Shown: positions 9,471-19,268, counted from the first letter of the stretch. The stretch: 64,000 nucleotides of DNA from an uncultured Candidatus Rokubacteria bacterium (GCA_963708025.1 CAVPSB010000013.1:608001-672000); one strand, 5' to 3'. Program-made: numbers and translations. The notes: generated from the letters alone by a model not told the origin.

Positions 9471-10254
9471 GGTCGAAGACCTGTCGGGCGATGACGGCGC
9501 CGCGTCGGGCCAGGGAGTCGCCGGCGTAGAAGCTCAGGTGGAAGAAGAGCTCCTTGATGCTCGCTTCGGTGAGCCCGAGGCGGCGCGCCGCGCGGACGTA
9601 GCTGCCGATCGCCCGGTCGGTGCCGACGACCGTCAGCGCGGTCAGGGTGCACAGGCACCGGCTCTGCACGTCCAGCCCCGGTCGGGTCCAGATGGAGCCC
9701 CACAGGTACTCGAGCAGGTATCTCTCCCAGTCCCGGTTGACCTCGTCCCCCGCCGCGAAGTCGCCGTCGGGGGCGTCGCCCATCACCTGACGCCGCGTGG
9801 CCACTCCGCGGCGATACAGCGCCTCCGGGTCCTCGCCGGGGTCGTAGACCCGGTAGGGATGCACCGGGATCCCCCGCTCCTTGAACACGACGTAAGCGAT
9901 CTCGAGCGCCGTGTTGGCGATCGGCGCGCCGACGTAGAAGATCAGCTGGAGCAGCGCCTCGACGATCTGGGCCGCGGTGAACCCGACGTCCAGCCCGCTG
10001 TGGATGTGCCCCTTCAGGTTGTCGTCCCGGCGCAACACGGTGATGACGGAGATCGTCGCCAGGCTGCGCTGCTCGATGGAGAGCCCCGGCCGCGCCCACA
10101 AGCTGCCGAAGCAGGCCTCGCGGACGATGCGCCACTGGTCCGGCGAGATGTCCACCATGGTGACGTTCGGGACGGGGACGCCGTCGGCATCCACCCGCCC
10201 GAGTCGCGCGAGGACGGGCTGGCTCGCCCGGAACCGCTCTTCGAGAGTCGCCAT
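9466..10254 (-). CDS. Carboxymuconolactone decarboxylase (CMD/AhpD-like) family protein, two tandem domains
   Basis: FGSLWARPGLSIEQRSL and WGSIWTRPGLDVQSRCL repeats; FYVGAP and FYAG. Confidence 0.88.
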   Translation of the reverse strand: MATLEERFRASQPVLARLGRVDADGVPVPNVTMVDISPDQWRIVREACFGSLWARPGLSIEQRSLATISVITVLRRDDNLKGHIHSGLDVGFTAAQIVEALLQLIFYVGAPIANTALEIAYVVFKERGIPVHPYRVYDPGEDPEALYRRGVATRRQVMGDAPDGDFAAGDEVNRDWERYLLEYLWGSIWTRPGLDVQSRCLCTLTALTVVGTDRAIGSYVRAARRLGLTEASIKELFFHLSFYAGDSLARRGAVIARQVFDR

Positions 10255-10294
10255 GGTGTCTCCTGGATCCGGAAAGTGCGGGGTGTCCCGGCGG

Positions 10295-11299
10295 TCAATC
10301 CTCGTACGAGAGCAGGATTCCCATCGTCTCCTCCGGGTGAGAGTCCAGGAGGGCGTACGCCTCCGGAGCGCGCGAGAACGGCAGCACGTGGGTCACCGGG
10401 GTGACGAGGGCTTCGTCGGCCAGCAAGCGGAAGACGGTCTGCATGCGACGCTCCAGGGTCCACCGGGGCTGGAGGCCGGCGCCGATGTGGCGGACCTGCG
10501 AGCTCGTGATGTGCTGCCGCCGGAAGTGGAACTCCGGCGCCAGCACCAGGGGCACGCTCTTCGCCCCGAAGAACGAGACGACGGCGATGGTGCCCTCCTG
10601 TCCAGTCGTCTGGACGGCCTGCTGGAGCGCCGCCGGCGCGCCGCTCGCCTCGATGCTGACGTCCGCCCCCCGCCCCTGCGTCAGCTCCTCGATCGCGGCG
10701 GGCGCCTCCGCCGGCGCGACGGCGGCGTCCGCCCCCCAGTCGAGCGCGATCCGGCGCCGCCGCTCGATCGGGTCCACGACCAGGAGGGCGCCCGCCGTGC
10801 GCCGGGCGAGCTGCGCGCAGAAGCTGCCCACCACCCCCTGTCCGTACACGACGACCGCGTCGCCGATGCGAACCGGCACGTCGAGCATGCAGGTCACGGC
10901 GACGTCGAGCAGGTTGGCGAACGCGGCGCGCTTCGGCGGGAGGTCGGGCGGCAGCCGGTAGAGGAGGAAGGGCTTGTTCCGGATCGTGAAGACTTCCTGG
11001 TGCGGGTGACGCGCGAAGACGCGCTGCCCGGGCTCGTAGCCGGACTGCGCGCCCGCGCGCTCGACCACGCCCACGATCTGGTAGGAGTACTTGACCGGAA
11101 ACCGGAGGCTGCCCGCGAACGTCTCCAGGCCCAGGTTCCCGTCGGGGCCGACCTCCCCGCGGTACACCCGCATCTCCGTCCCGGCGCTGATGAGCGACGT
11201 GATCCCTCGGACGAGCACCTGATCGTCAGCCGGGTCGGCGACGGGCTCCTCGCGAAGCTCCGCCCGACGGGGAGCGGCGAACCACAGGGCCCGCGTCAC
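10295..11299 (-). CDS. MDR/zinc-binding alcohol dehydrogenase-like oxidoreductase
   Basis: SLISAGTE, GQGVVG Rossmann motif, GADVSIEASG; GTG start at 11299. Confidence 0.85.
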   Translation of the reverse strand: MTRALWFAAPRRAELREEPVADPADDQVLVRGITSLISAGTEMRVYRGEVGPDGNLGLETFAGSLRFPVKYSYQIVGVVERAGAQSGYEPGQRVFARHPHQEVFTIRNKPFLLYRLPPDLPPKRAAFANLLDVAVTCMLDVPVRIGDAVVVYGQGVVGSFCAQLARRTAGALLVVDPIERRRRIALDWGADAAVAPAEAPAAIEELTQGRGADVSIEASGAPAALQQAVQTTGQEGTIAVVSFFGAKSVPLVLAPEFHFRRQHITSSQVRHIGAGLQPRWTLERRMQTVFRLLADEALVTPVTHVLPFSRAPEAYALLDSHPEETMGILLSYED

Positions 11300-11629
11300 G
11301 CCATCGCGCCTCGACACTCGCCTAGGCCTCCACTTTCCTGGTTCGCCGTGAGGAGGGATCGCGGAGCGTTGCCCTGCCGGAGACGCCGAGCCGGCCGGCG
11401 GTACGCCCCCAGGACGCGCCAACGATACCCTAGATCGTGCCCCGCGCGCATGACCACGGGTCGGTCCGCGGCGCCAGAGCCATGCCGGGTCGAGCCTGGT
11501 CGCCCCGCCCGAAGGTGAGCAGGTCAACTGTGGAGCCGTGAGCCTGACGTTAACGAGTGCCCCACACGCAACTCGCCCACTACATGGCCGGCCTGCCGTC
11601 GACCTCCACGCCCCCGTGAGGGTGCCGAC

Positions 11630-12086
11630 TCAGCCTCCGTACTCCATGATGTAGAGCCCGGCGTTGTAGTCGGTGCAGTACACGATGCCGCTCGCGTCGA
11701 CGAAGACGTCGGCGGACTGGATCACGCGGGGCCGGTTGGGCCGGTGATCCACGAGACGGGCCGGGGCCGGGGGGACCAGGGCCGCCACCTCCACCGGACG
11801 GTGCGGGTCGCGGATGTCGAACACCCGCACGCCGGCGTTCTGGTAGGTGGCGAAGATCAGCTCCGAGCTGACCAGGCTGCCCGGCCGGTTCTCGTGGATG
11901 TTGTGCGGGCCGAAGTGGCCTCCCCGGGCGACGTAGTCGGCCTCGGCCGGCGTCGGCAGGGTCGCGATGCTGATCGGGTTGATGGACCATGACCTGCACG
12001 CCGTCCGGCCGGCCGCCCTGATCGGACCAGCCGAGGAGCCGCATGTTGCGGGCGTGGTCCGGTGCCGGAAGGCTCTCGGTCGTCAT
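11630..12086 (-). pseudogene. LVIVD-repeat family protein with large internal deletion and frameshift
   Basis: N-terminus ARNMRLLGWSDQGGRPDGVQVMVH joins out of frame at ~11980 to C-terminus NPISIATLP...FGPHNIHENRPG...ATYQNAGVRVFDI...DYNAGLYIMEY. Confidence 0.7.
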
Positions 12087-12104
12087 CGAAAAAACAGCAT
12101 GGCA

Positions 12105-12458
12105 TCAGTCCTCCGGGGGGACGTCGATCATCAGGGTCACGAGGGGCTCCTCGCCCACGGGAACGACGTCGTGAAAGACGCCCGGTCGGATGTACAGCGT
12201 ATCGCCGGCCTGGAGCAGGAACGGCGGGTCCCCGTCCAGGAAGATCTGCGCCCGGCCGGCCACGATGTAGGCGACGTGCTCGCATCGCTCGTGCTTGTGG
12301 CCTCCTCCGGAGGGCACCCCCACCGGCGTGCTCGTCAGCTTCACGCGCACGTTTGGGGTGAGATCCTCACCGACCAGCACCTTCACGGCGACCGGCACGT
12401 CGCCCGGATGCTTGCCGTCGGATCCCCCACCAGGACGGACCAGCCGATAGCGCTCCAT
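12105..12458 (-). CDS. Cupin domain protein
   Basis: HKHERCEHVAYIVAG and LQAGDTLYIRPGVFH cupin motifs. Confidence 0.85.
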   Translation of the reverse strand: MERYRLVRPGGGSDGKHPGDVPVAVKVLVGEDLTPNVRVKLTSTPVGVPSGGGHKHERCEHVAYIVAGRAQIFLDGDPPFLLQAGDTLYIRPGVFHDVVPVGEEPLVTLMIDVPPED

Positions 12459-12538
12459 CGGGCGCCTCCTTCCCGGTTGGCCGGGTCACGCGGACCGCCA
12501 CCGCGGTCCGCGGTCGGGTTGTCGTCACATGACGGCCG

Positions 12539-13785
12539 TCATCCGGTCCGCCCCAGGCCATCCACGAGGAAATGCGGCATGGCGATGTAGCGCAGCATCG
12601 CGTGCGGATCCTGCAGCAGCTTCCACGTCGCCCGGTCGTCGTCGGTCTCGAGGTTCACCCCCAGATGCGTGCCGAGCTTGCGCCCGTGCCGCATGACGCG
12701 CTCGCCGATCGGCTGCCGCACGGTCTCGAAGCGCGCGAGCCCCGCCTCGACGTCGACGCCGGGCGGTGCCAGCGCGTCCGCGAGCGCCCGCGCGTCCTCG
12801 GCCGCCTTCGAGACGCCGTACCCCATGTGGGGCCGTCCGACCGACGCGGCATCGCCGATCAGGGCGACGCGGCCGAAGACCATCCGGGGCGAGGCGTGGT
12901 CGTAGATCGGCGTGAAGAACGGGCGCTCGATCCGGCGCAGCACGTCGAGGAACGGGGGGGCCATCACCGCCTCCGCGTCGCGCCGCATGGCGGCGATGAC
13001 CTCCTCGCGGATGAGCGGCGGGGCGATCGAGAACGCGTGGTGCCGGCCCTCGGCGTCGGTGCACATCTCCCGGAGTCCCTCGTCGTCGATGACCCGATAC
13101 CAGATGAAGTTGTAGCGCCGGAGGCCGGGCCGCGTCTCGTTGTCGAGCCCGGCGATGGGGTAGCCGAGAACCTGCTGGCGCGCGGGCAGGTAGAAGGTGA
13201 AGTACGGAAAGATCGACCGGCGCGTCTCGGCGGCCAGCGAGGCCTCGGCGGGCGCGCCCCGCCACACCACGTACCCCGCGTAGATCGGCTGGACCTCGGG
13301 CGCCAGCTGACCCCGGACGCTCGAGCGGAACCCGTCGGCGCCGACCAGGAGGTCGGCCCGCTCGGAGCGGCCCTCCGCGAACCGCACCGTGACGCCGGCG
13401 GCGTCCTGCTCGACCCGCTCGAACGTGTGCCCCAGATGGTAGTGCGCGTCGGGCACCAGACCGCGCAGCATGCGCTGGAGCCGGTCCCAGGAGGTCAGGA
13501 TCTGGCGCAGGGACCGCTCCCCGATGACGCGCCCGGTGGCGTCGATCAGGATGCGCTTCTCGACCTCGACGCCCAGGTCGCGGGTCCCGGCGCCGCTCAG
13601 CTCGAGGGCGTCCAGCAGCTCCGGGTGGGCGGTGATGCCGGCCCCCCGGCCCACCAGCTCGACGCCGGAGCGCTCGAAGACGTCGGCGTCCCAGCCGGCC
13701 CGGCGCAGGAAGGCGGCGGTGAACAGGCCGGACATCGACCCGCCGATCACGATGGCGCGTCGCCCGACCCGCCGGATGCTGCCAT
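12539..13785 (-). CDS. FAD-dependent monooxygenase (resembles 2,6-dihydroxypyridine hydroxylase family); start uncertain
   Basis: IVIGGSMSG, LVGADGFRSSVR, YAGYVVWRG, VALIGDAA motifs; nearest ATG (13785) is one base out of frame. Confidence 0.85.
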
Positions 13786-13845
13786 CAAGCGCGCTCAGTT
13801 CGGGACCTCCCGCCCCGACCCCCTCACCCAGGGGGGAGCGGGGCC
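13781..13845. repeat. Dispersed repeat copy related to 63040-63180
   Basis: GCTCAGTTCGGGACCTCCCGCCC (13793-13815) matches the reverse complement of 63145-63167 at 22/23. Confidence 0.65.
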
Positions 13846-13886
13846 GGAGGACTCGATTCCGCAGGGCGGCCTCGGTTACGCCGGGC

Positions 13887-13915
13887 AGGATAGAACAGGG
13901 GCGAGCGGCCCGCAA
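13887..13915 (-). promoter_or_regulatory. sigma70-type promoter TTGCGG-17-TATCCT
   Basis: Twin of the 2511-2539 promoter; upstream of the monooxygenase. Confidence 0.6.
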
Positions 13916-13970
13916 CGGCGCCGGATCCTGGCCGGGAGCCTGCTACCAGGAGGCCTGCCATCAGGAGGCC

Positions 13971-13999
13971 TTGACGACCCCGCGGCGCGCGTCTAGCCT
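13971..13999 (+). promoter_or_regulatory. sigma70-type promoter TTGACG-17-TAGCCT, probably leaderless
   Basis: -10 ends 6 nt before ATG 14006; no SD. Confidence 0.55.
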
Positions 14000-14005
14000 C
14001 CTGAC

Positions 14006-15163
14006 ATGACGACCGCCCCCGGCGAGCAGCCCGTCCCGGCGCGCAGGGCCTTCGGCCGCGACGACCGCGCGGCCCTGCTCTCCCAGGCGGCGTCGCTGCT
14101 GCTCATCGGGGCCGACCTCCGCGGCACCGCCGGCGTGTTACGGGCGCGAGCCGCCGGATGGACGGGGAAGCGCCGGGTCGATCTCGCCCCGGCGCGCGAC
14201 CTCGCCGCGCTGGGCGTCCCCCGGATCGCCGGTCCCCGCCGCCGTGTCCGCCTCGAGGAGCTCCAGAGCGCGCTCGCGAAGCGGTACGGGCCGGCGACGG
14301 CAGCCGCCGTTCAGGCCCGGACACCGGGGGTGGCCTCGGATGTCCTCGCGGACCTGGCCCGACGGTTCATGCGGCGTCCGACGGTGATGAGCGCGGGGCA
14401 GCTCCTCGATGCGTGCCTCGCCCACCCGAACGAGCTGCCGCGGGTGGCTGCGGCCGCCGCCCACGTCCATCTCTCGGCGACACCGGAGCGCGCCCTCGAC
14501 GTGCTCGGCGAGGGCGTCGGAAGCACCGATCCGCTCGTCAGGGACATGGCGGCGACGGCGCTTGCCGACTTCGCCCCGGACGACCCTCGCCTGCGTCCGC
14601 TCCTCGAGCGCCGGCCGGCGTCGTACCCGGGACAGCCGGCGCACACGACGCTTCTGGTCCACGGCACGTGGGCACTCGGCAGCACGTGGTGGCAGCCTGG
14701 CGGCGACTTTCACAGCTACGTCCTGGCCGAGGTCCGCCCCGACCTGTACGCCGCTGCCGACCGCTTCGAGTGGTCCGGCGGCTGGAGCGATTGGGCCCGC
14801 GCCGACGGCGCGGCCAGGCTCCGGACCTGGGTGAGCGACCACCAGCTCGCGGGCCTCGATCTCTTCACTCACAGCCACGGCGGCAGCGTGGCCATGCTGG
14901 CCAGCCAGGCCGGGCTCCAGGTCGGCGAGCTGGTGATGCTGAGCTGCCCCGTGCATCCCGGCAAGTACTTCCCCGACTTCAGCCGGGTGCGTCGGGCGGT
15001 CTCGGTCCGCGTCCACCTCGACTTGGTGATCCTCGTGGACGGAGGCGGCCAGCGCTTCCAGGACTCCCGGATCGAGGAGAACGTGCTCGACCTCTGGTTC
15101 GACCACTTCGCCACGCACGACCCGGCCGTGTGGAAGGCGCACGACGTCCCGGACATGATCTGA
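14006..15163 (+). CDS. Hypothetical protein: helical/HEAT-like N-terminal part plus alpha/beta-hydrolase-like C-terminal domain
   Basis: DPLVRDMAATALA HEAT-like unit; LLVHGTW and FTHSHGGSVA nucleophile-elbow-like motif. Confidence 0.7.
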   Translation: MTTAPGEQPVPARRAFGRDDRAALLSQAASLLLIGADLRGTAGVLRARAAGWTGKRRVDLAPARDLAALGVPRIAGPRRRVRLEELQSALAKRYGPATAAAVQARTPGVASDVLADLARRFMRRPTVMSAGQLLDACLAHPNELPRVAAAAAHVHLSATPERALDVLGEGVGSTDPLVRDMAATALADFAPDDPRLRPLLERRPASYPGQPAHTTLLVHGTWALGSTWWQPGGDFHSYVLAEVRPDLYAAADRFEWSGGWSDWARADGAARLRTWVSDHQLAGLDLFTHSHGGSVAMLASQAGLQVGELVMLSCPVHPGKYFPDFSRVRRAVSVRVHLDLVILVDGGGQRFQDSRIEENVLDLWFDHFATHDPAVWKAHDVPDMI

Positions 15164-15185
15164 TCTATCCGGGGCAAGCTCGGCC

Positions 15186-15542
15186 ATGCGACTCGACGCC
15201 GTCGCCCGCGTGTGGCTTCAGAGCCTGGTGTGGCGGGCGACGGGATGGCGCCCGGCCGGGCGCGCGGTCGTCCGCGCCCTGGAGAGCCCGGATCCGAACG
15301 TCCGGACGATCGCCGGAATGCTCCTCGTCCGAGCCGGACCGAGGGCGGAGCCGCTCCTTCTCGAAGCGGTCGCGGCGCGCCGGAGCCTCCCGCTCGTCAC
15401 CCAGATCCTCGCCGACATCGGCGACCCCCGCCTCGAGCCGACGCTGGTCGCGCTGAGCCGGGACCACGACCCGGAGGTGGCGCGCGTGGCCCGCGAGGCG
15501 TTGCGCGTCCTGGCGGCGCGGCCCCGGCCCCCATCCTCCTGA
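15186..15542 (+). CDS. HEAT-repeat (PBS lyase-like) protein
   Basis: LESPDPNVRTIAGMLL, LADIGDPR, DHDPEVARVAREAL. Confidence 0.75.
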   Translation: MRLDAVARVWLQSLVWRATGWRPAGRAVVRALESPDPNVRTIAGMLLVRAGPRAEPLLLEAVAARRSLPLVTQILADIGDPRLEPTLVALSRDHDPEVARVAREALRVLAARPRPPSS

Positions 15543-15559
15543 AGCCCCAGCCGGCTCCT

Positions 15560-15589
15560 CGCGGCCACGGCCTTGCGGCCGTGGCCGCG
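15560..15589 (+). terminator. 13-bp GC hairpin (terminator or REP-like)
   Basis: CGCGGCCACGGCC-TTGC-GGCCGTGGCCGCG after the HEAT gene; no U tract. Confidence 0.45.
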
Positions 15590-15639
15590 TCGAAGCGTGT
15601 CGCGCGACCGCTGTGCACGAGCGAGGATCGGTCCCGGGA

Positions 15640-15669
15640 TTGACACGGTCGAGAGGCCGGACGTACTTT
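15640..15669 (+). promoter_or_regulatory. sigma70-type promoter TTGACA-18-TACTTT
   Basis: Consensus -35; upstream of LLM gene. Confidence 0.6.
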
Positions 15670-15711
15670 GAAGCCTGCAAACGCCCGGCACGGGGTCACG
15701 GGGGAGAGCCG

Positions 15712-16959
15712 ATGAAGATCAGCGCGTTCCACTTGATGCCGCACCGCGAGCTGCCGCCGGACTTCGAGCAGCGGTACCCCTCCGTCTGGGTGACCCCGCC
15801 GTGGTGGGAGCTGGCGGACGCGCGCCGGGTGGGGCAGTACTACAACTGGACGCTGGACGAGCTGCTGCACGCCGCCCGGTCCGGCTTCGACGGCGTCTGC
15901 ACCAACGAGCACCACCAGAACGCCTACGGCTTCATGCCCAGCCCCAACCTCATGGGGAGCGTGCTGGCCCGGCTCACTCGCGGCATGGACGTGGCCATCG
16001 TGCAGATGGGCTCCACCCTCCCCACGTCGAACCCACCCATCCGCGTCGCTGAGGAGTACGCCATGCTGGACTGCATCAGCGGCGGCCGGCTGGTGGCCGG
16101 CTTGCCGCTGGGCAGTCCGATGGACGTCAACCTCTGCTACGGCATCACGCCCATCGAGCAGCGGGAGCGCTATCGCGAGGCCTTCGCGCTGACGCTGAAG
16201 GCCTGGCAGGCCCGCGAGATCTTCGCCTGGAACGGGCGCTACACCCAGCTCGCCAACGTGAACCTGTGGCCGCGCCCCATCCAGGAGCCCCACCCGCCGG
16301 TGTGGGTCCCCGGCTCGGGGAGCATCAGCACCTTCGACTTCGCCGTCGAGAACGACGTCTGCTACTGCTTCCTCAGCTACTCGGGGGCCCGGTCGGCCAA
16401 GACCATGATGGACGGGTACTGGGAGGTGGCGGCCGCGAAAGGGCGCGATCTCAACCCCTACCGCGCCGGGTTCCTCCAGCTCGTGGCCGTCTCCGAGACG
16501 GACGCCCGCGCCGAGGAGGAGTACGCCCGGCACGTCGAGTACTTCTATCACAAGTGCCTCCACGTGCCGGCCCCGTGGTTCTCCCCGCCGGGGAACCAGG
16601 ACTACAAGAGCCTGGTGGCCAGCATGCACAACCCGGTGCGCCGGCCGGTGAACCCGAAGGAGCTCCGGTACCGGGACTTCGTGGAGAAGGGCTACGTCAT
16701 CGCCGGCAGCCCGGCCACCGTGCGCGACCGGCTGCGGGACGAGGTCATCGGCGGCCTCCGGGTGGGGAACCTGATGCTGCTCGTGCAGATCGGCTCGATG
16801 CCCCACGAGCTGACCCTGAAGAACATCACGCTCCTGGCCCGGGAGGTCCTGCCGCACCTGCGGGGGATCTGGGACGACGAGGGCTGGGTGAACCACTGGT
16901 GGCCCCGGGCGCTGCGCGAGGCACCGGCGCCGCCCGTGGAGTCCCACGCCCGCCTGTGA
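15712..16959 (+). CDS. LLM class flavin-dependent oxidoreductase
   Basis: GFDGVCTNEHHQ, PIRVAEEYAMLDCISGGRL, PRPIQEPHPPVW. Confidence 0.92.
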   Translation: MKISAFHLMPHRELPPDFEQRYPSVWVTPPWWELADARRVGQYYNWTLDELLHAARSGFDGVCTNEHHQNAYGFMPSPNLMGSVLARLTRGMDVAIVQMGSTLPTSNPPIRVAEEYAMLDCISGGRLVAGLPLGSPMDVNLCYGITPIEQRERYREAFALTLKAWQAREIFAWNGRYTQLANVNLWPRPIQEPHPPVWVPGSGSISTFDFAVENDVCYCFLSYSGARSAKTMMDGYWEVAAAKGRDLNPYRAGFLQLVAVSETDARAEEEYARHVEYFYHKCLHVPAPWFSPPGNQDYKSLVASMHNPVRRPVNPKELRYRDFVEKGYVIAGSPATVRDRLRDEVIGGLRVGNLMLLVQIGSMPHELTLKNITLLAREVLPHLRGIWDDEGWVNHWWPRALREAPAPPVESHARL

Positions 16960-17777
16960 GCCCCGAGACCGCGATCGCCCCCGCGGAGCAGACAGTCGCC
17001 GTCTGGCAGGACCGGATCCGCATGCGGGTCCTGTCCAGGGGCCGCGGGCCGGCCCTGGTCTTCTTCCACGGCCCCTGGGGCCTGACCTGGGATCCGTTCC
17101 TGGACGAGCTGGCCCGGTCCTTCACCGTCTACGCCCCGGAGCATCCCGGCACCAGCCCCGGACGGCCCGACGACATCTACCAGCTCGACGGCCTGTGGGA
17201 CCTGGTCCTCTGCTACGACGAGCTGCTGAGCGGGCTCGGGCTCGACCGGGCGGCCTTCGTCGGCCACTCCTTCGGCGGCATGGTGGCCTGCGAGGTCGCG
17301 GCCGCCTACCCGGGGCGTGTCGGTCGCCTGGCGCTCGTGGCCCCGCTCGGCTTCTGGCGGGACGACGCGCCCGTCGCGAACTGGATGCTCATGACGCCGG
17401 GGGAGCTGCCGGGTCACGTCTTCCACGATCCCGAGGGCGAGGGCGCGCAGCGGATGTTCGCGCCCGCGGCGGACTCGGCGGACGCGGAGGCCCGGGTCAT
17501 GACCCGCGTCCGGCTGACGTGGGCCATGGGCGCCACCGGGAAGTTCCTCTGGCCCCTCCCCGACAAGGGCCTGAAGAAGCGCCTCCACCGCCTGAAGGCG
17601 CCCACGCTGCTCGTCTGGGGCAAGGCGGACCGCCTGGTCCCGCCGGCCTACGCCGACGAGTTCACCCGGCGCATCCCGGGGGCCCGGGTCGAGATCGTCG
17701 ACCAGGCCGGACACGCGCCCCACCAGGAGCACCCCGAGCCCGTCGCGCGGCTGGTCCGCGACTTCCTGGGCGCGTAG
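16956..17777 (+). CDS. Alpha/beta fold hydrolase
   Basis: GHSFGG, PTLLVWGKADRLVP, AGHAPH; GTGA overlap with the LLM stop. Confidence 0.9.
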   Translation: MSPETAIAPAEQTVAVWQDRIRMRVLSRGRGPALVFFHGPWGLTWDPFLDELARSFTVYAPEHPGTSPGRPDDIYQLDGLWDLVLCYDELLSGLGLDRAAFVGHSFGGMVACEVAAAYPGRVGRLALVAPLGFWRDDAPVANWMLMTPGELPGHVFHDPEGEGAQRMFAPAADSADAEARVMTRVRLTWAMGATGKFLWPLPDKGLKKRLHRLKAPTLLVWGKADRLVPPAYADEFTRRIPGARVEIVDQAGHAPHQEHPEPVARLVRDFLGA

Positions 17778-17785
17778 GGACGGCG

Positions 17786-18448
17786 ATGGGCAGCGGCCGG
17801 CTCATCGACGTGAGCCACACGGTCGAGCACGGCGCGGTCACCTACCCGGGCCTGCCGGCCCCGGTGATCTCCGACCACCTGAGCCGGGAGGCCTCGCGGG
17901 CGCACTACGCGCCCGGCACCGAGTTCCTGATCGGCAAGATCGAGCTGGTGGGGAACACCGGCACCTACTTGGACAGCCCCTTTCACCGCTACGCCGACGG
18001 GAAGGACCTGGCCGCGCTCCCGCTGGAGTCGCTGGCGAACCTCGACTGCGTCGTGGCGCGGCCGCCGTCCGGCGGCGAGCCCGCCATCGATCGCCTCCCG
18101 CTCACGGAAGCCGACGTCCGGGGCCGCGCCGTCCTGGTCCAGACCGGCTGGGACCGCCACTGGGGGACCGAGCGGTACTTCTCCGGCCACCCCCACCTCA
18201 CCGGGCGGCTGGCCGAGTGGCTCGTCCGCGCCGGCGCCGCCCTGGTGGGGATCGACTCGCTCAACATCGACGGCACCGCCACGAACGAGCGGCCGGTCCA
18301 CTCCACCCTGCTGCGCCACGACGTCCCCATCGTCGAGCACCTCCGGGGTCTCGATGCCGTGCCCGAGCGCGGGGGCCGGTTCTTCGCCGTCCCGGCCAAG
18401 GTGAAAGCCTTCACCACGTTCCCGGTCCGGGCGTTCGTGCTGGCGTAG
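17786..18448 (+). CDS. Cyclase (kynurenine formamidase-like) family protein
   Basis: LIDVSH, NTGTYLDSPFH, LVGIDSLNID, PIVEHL, FPVRAF. Confidence 0.88.
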   Translation: MGSGRLIDVSHTVEHGAVTYPGLPAPVISDHLSREASRAHYAPGTEFLIGKIELVGNTGTYLDSPFHRYADGKDLAALPLESLANLDCVVARPPSGGEPAIDRLPLTEADVRGRAVLVQTGWDRHWGTERYFSGHPHLTGRLAEWLVRAGAALVGIDSLNIDGTATNERPVHSTLLRHDVPIVEHLRGLDAVPERGGRFFAVPAKVKAFTTFPVRAFVLA

Positions 18449-18467
18449 GCGTTCCGAGGACGCCGCC

Positions 18468-19256
18468 GTGAGCGAGTGTGTCGCCGTCGCGGCGATCGTC
18501 CTTCTGGTGGCCGGCTTCCTGTGGGGACTCGAGACCCGCGTCCTGCCCAGCGAGCTGAGGCCGTCTTCCGTCAACTACGGCAAGGACCACCGGCTCGAGC
18601 TGCGGCTCTACGGGATGAAGATCGGCGATTTCCGGCGCGCGCCCTTCAGCGGCAGCGGGGGCCGCGACGCCCTCGGCGTGCGAATCGAGCGGGTCGCCCC
18701 CACCGTCCGAGATCCCCGGGACGTCATCGAGATCGGGCGCCTGGGGTTCCTGATCCCGCTCGTCCCCTACCGGACCGCGCTCATCCTCGCGGTTCTCGTG
18801 ATTGGCGTGGCCCTGGTCAGCCCCCTCAGGGAGACGCTCGCCCGGATCGTGACGCCGGTGCTCCTGACCGTGTACGGCCTGCTCCTGCTGGCGGTGGGAC
18901 TCTACGGAGCGCTCTTCGGCCCCCGGCCCGCCCTCCGCCACGTCGAGAACGCGTCCATGGGCGGCATCGTCCTCCTGCCCCTCTACTTCGCCTGCTGGCT
19001 CACGTTCGTGACCGCCGTCCTGGCCGGCGTCCTCGTCCTCACGCGCCGGAGGTGGGCCCCGATCGTGGCCGTCTGCGCCCAGGCGGCGCTCGTCGTGAGC
19101 GTGCCGGGCCTCCTCCTGGCGGCGATCGAGGACCGGGTGGGCTACCGGGTCGAGGACCTGGGCTGGGCGCTGTACGGCGTGACCTCGCTCGCACTCCTCG
19201 CACTCGCGATCTGGTTCCTCAGGCGTCCCCGGGTGCGGGCGTACTTCGGGGCGTAG
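18468..19256 (+). CDS. Hypothetical membrane protein
   Basis: Several hydrophobic segments; ends WFLRRPRVRAYFGA; start uncertain. Confidence 0.6.
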   Translation: MSECVAVAAIVLLVAGFLWGLETRVLPSELRPSSVNYGKDHRLELRLYGMKIGDFRRAPFSGSGGRDALGVRIERVAPTVRDPRDVIEIGRLGFLIPLVPYRTALILAVLVIGVALVSPLRETLARIVTPVLLTVYGLLLLAVGLYGALFGPRPALRHVENASMGGIVLLPLYFACWLTFVTAVLAGVLVLTRRRWAPIVAVCAQAALVVSVPGLLLAAIEDRVGYRVEDLGWALYGVTSLALLALAIWFLRRPRVRAYFGA

Positions 19257-19268
19257 GGGCGAGCTTCC

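Noticed and set aside
11300-11625. Long leader upstream of the MDR dehydrogenase as a riboswitch
   Set aside because: No recognisable aptamer consensus on either strand
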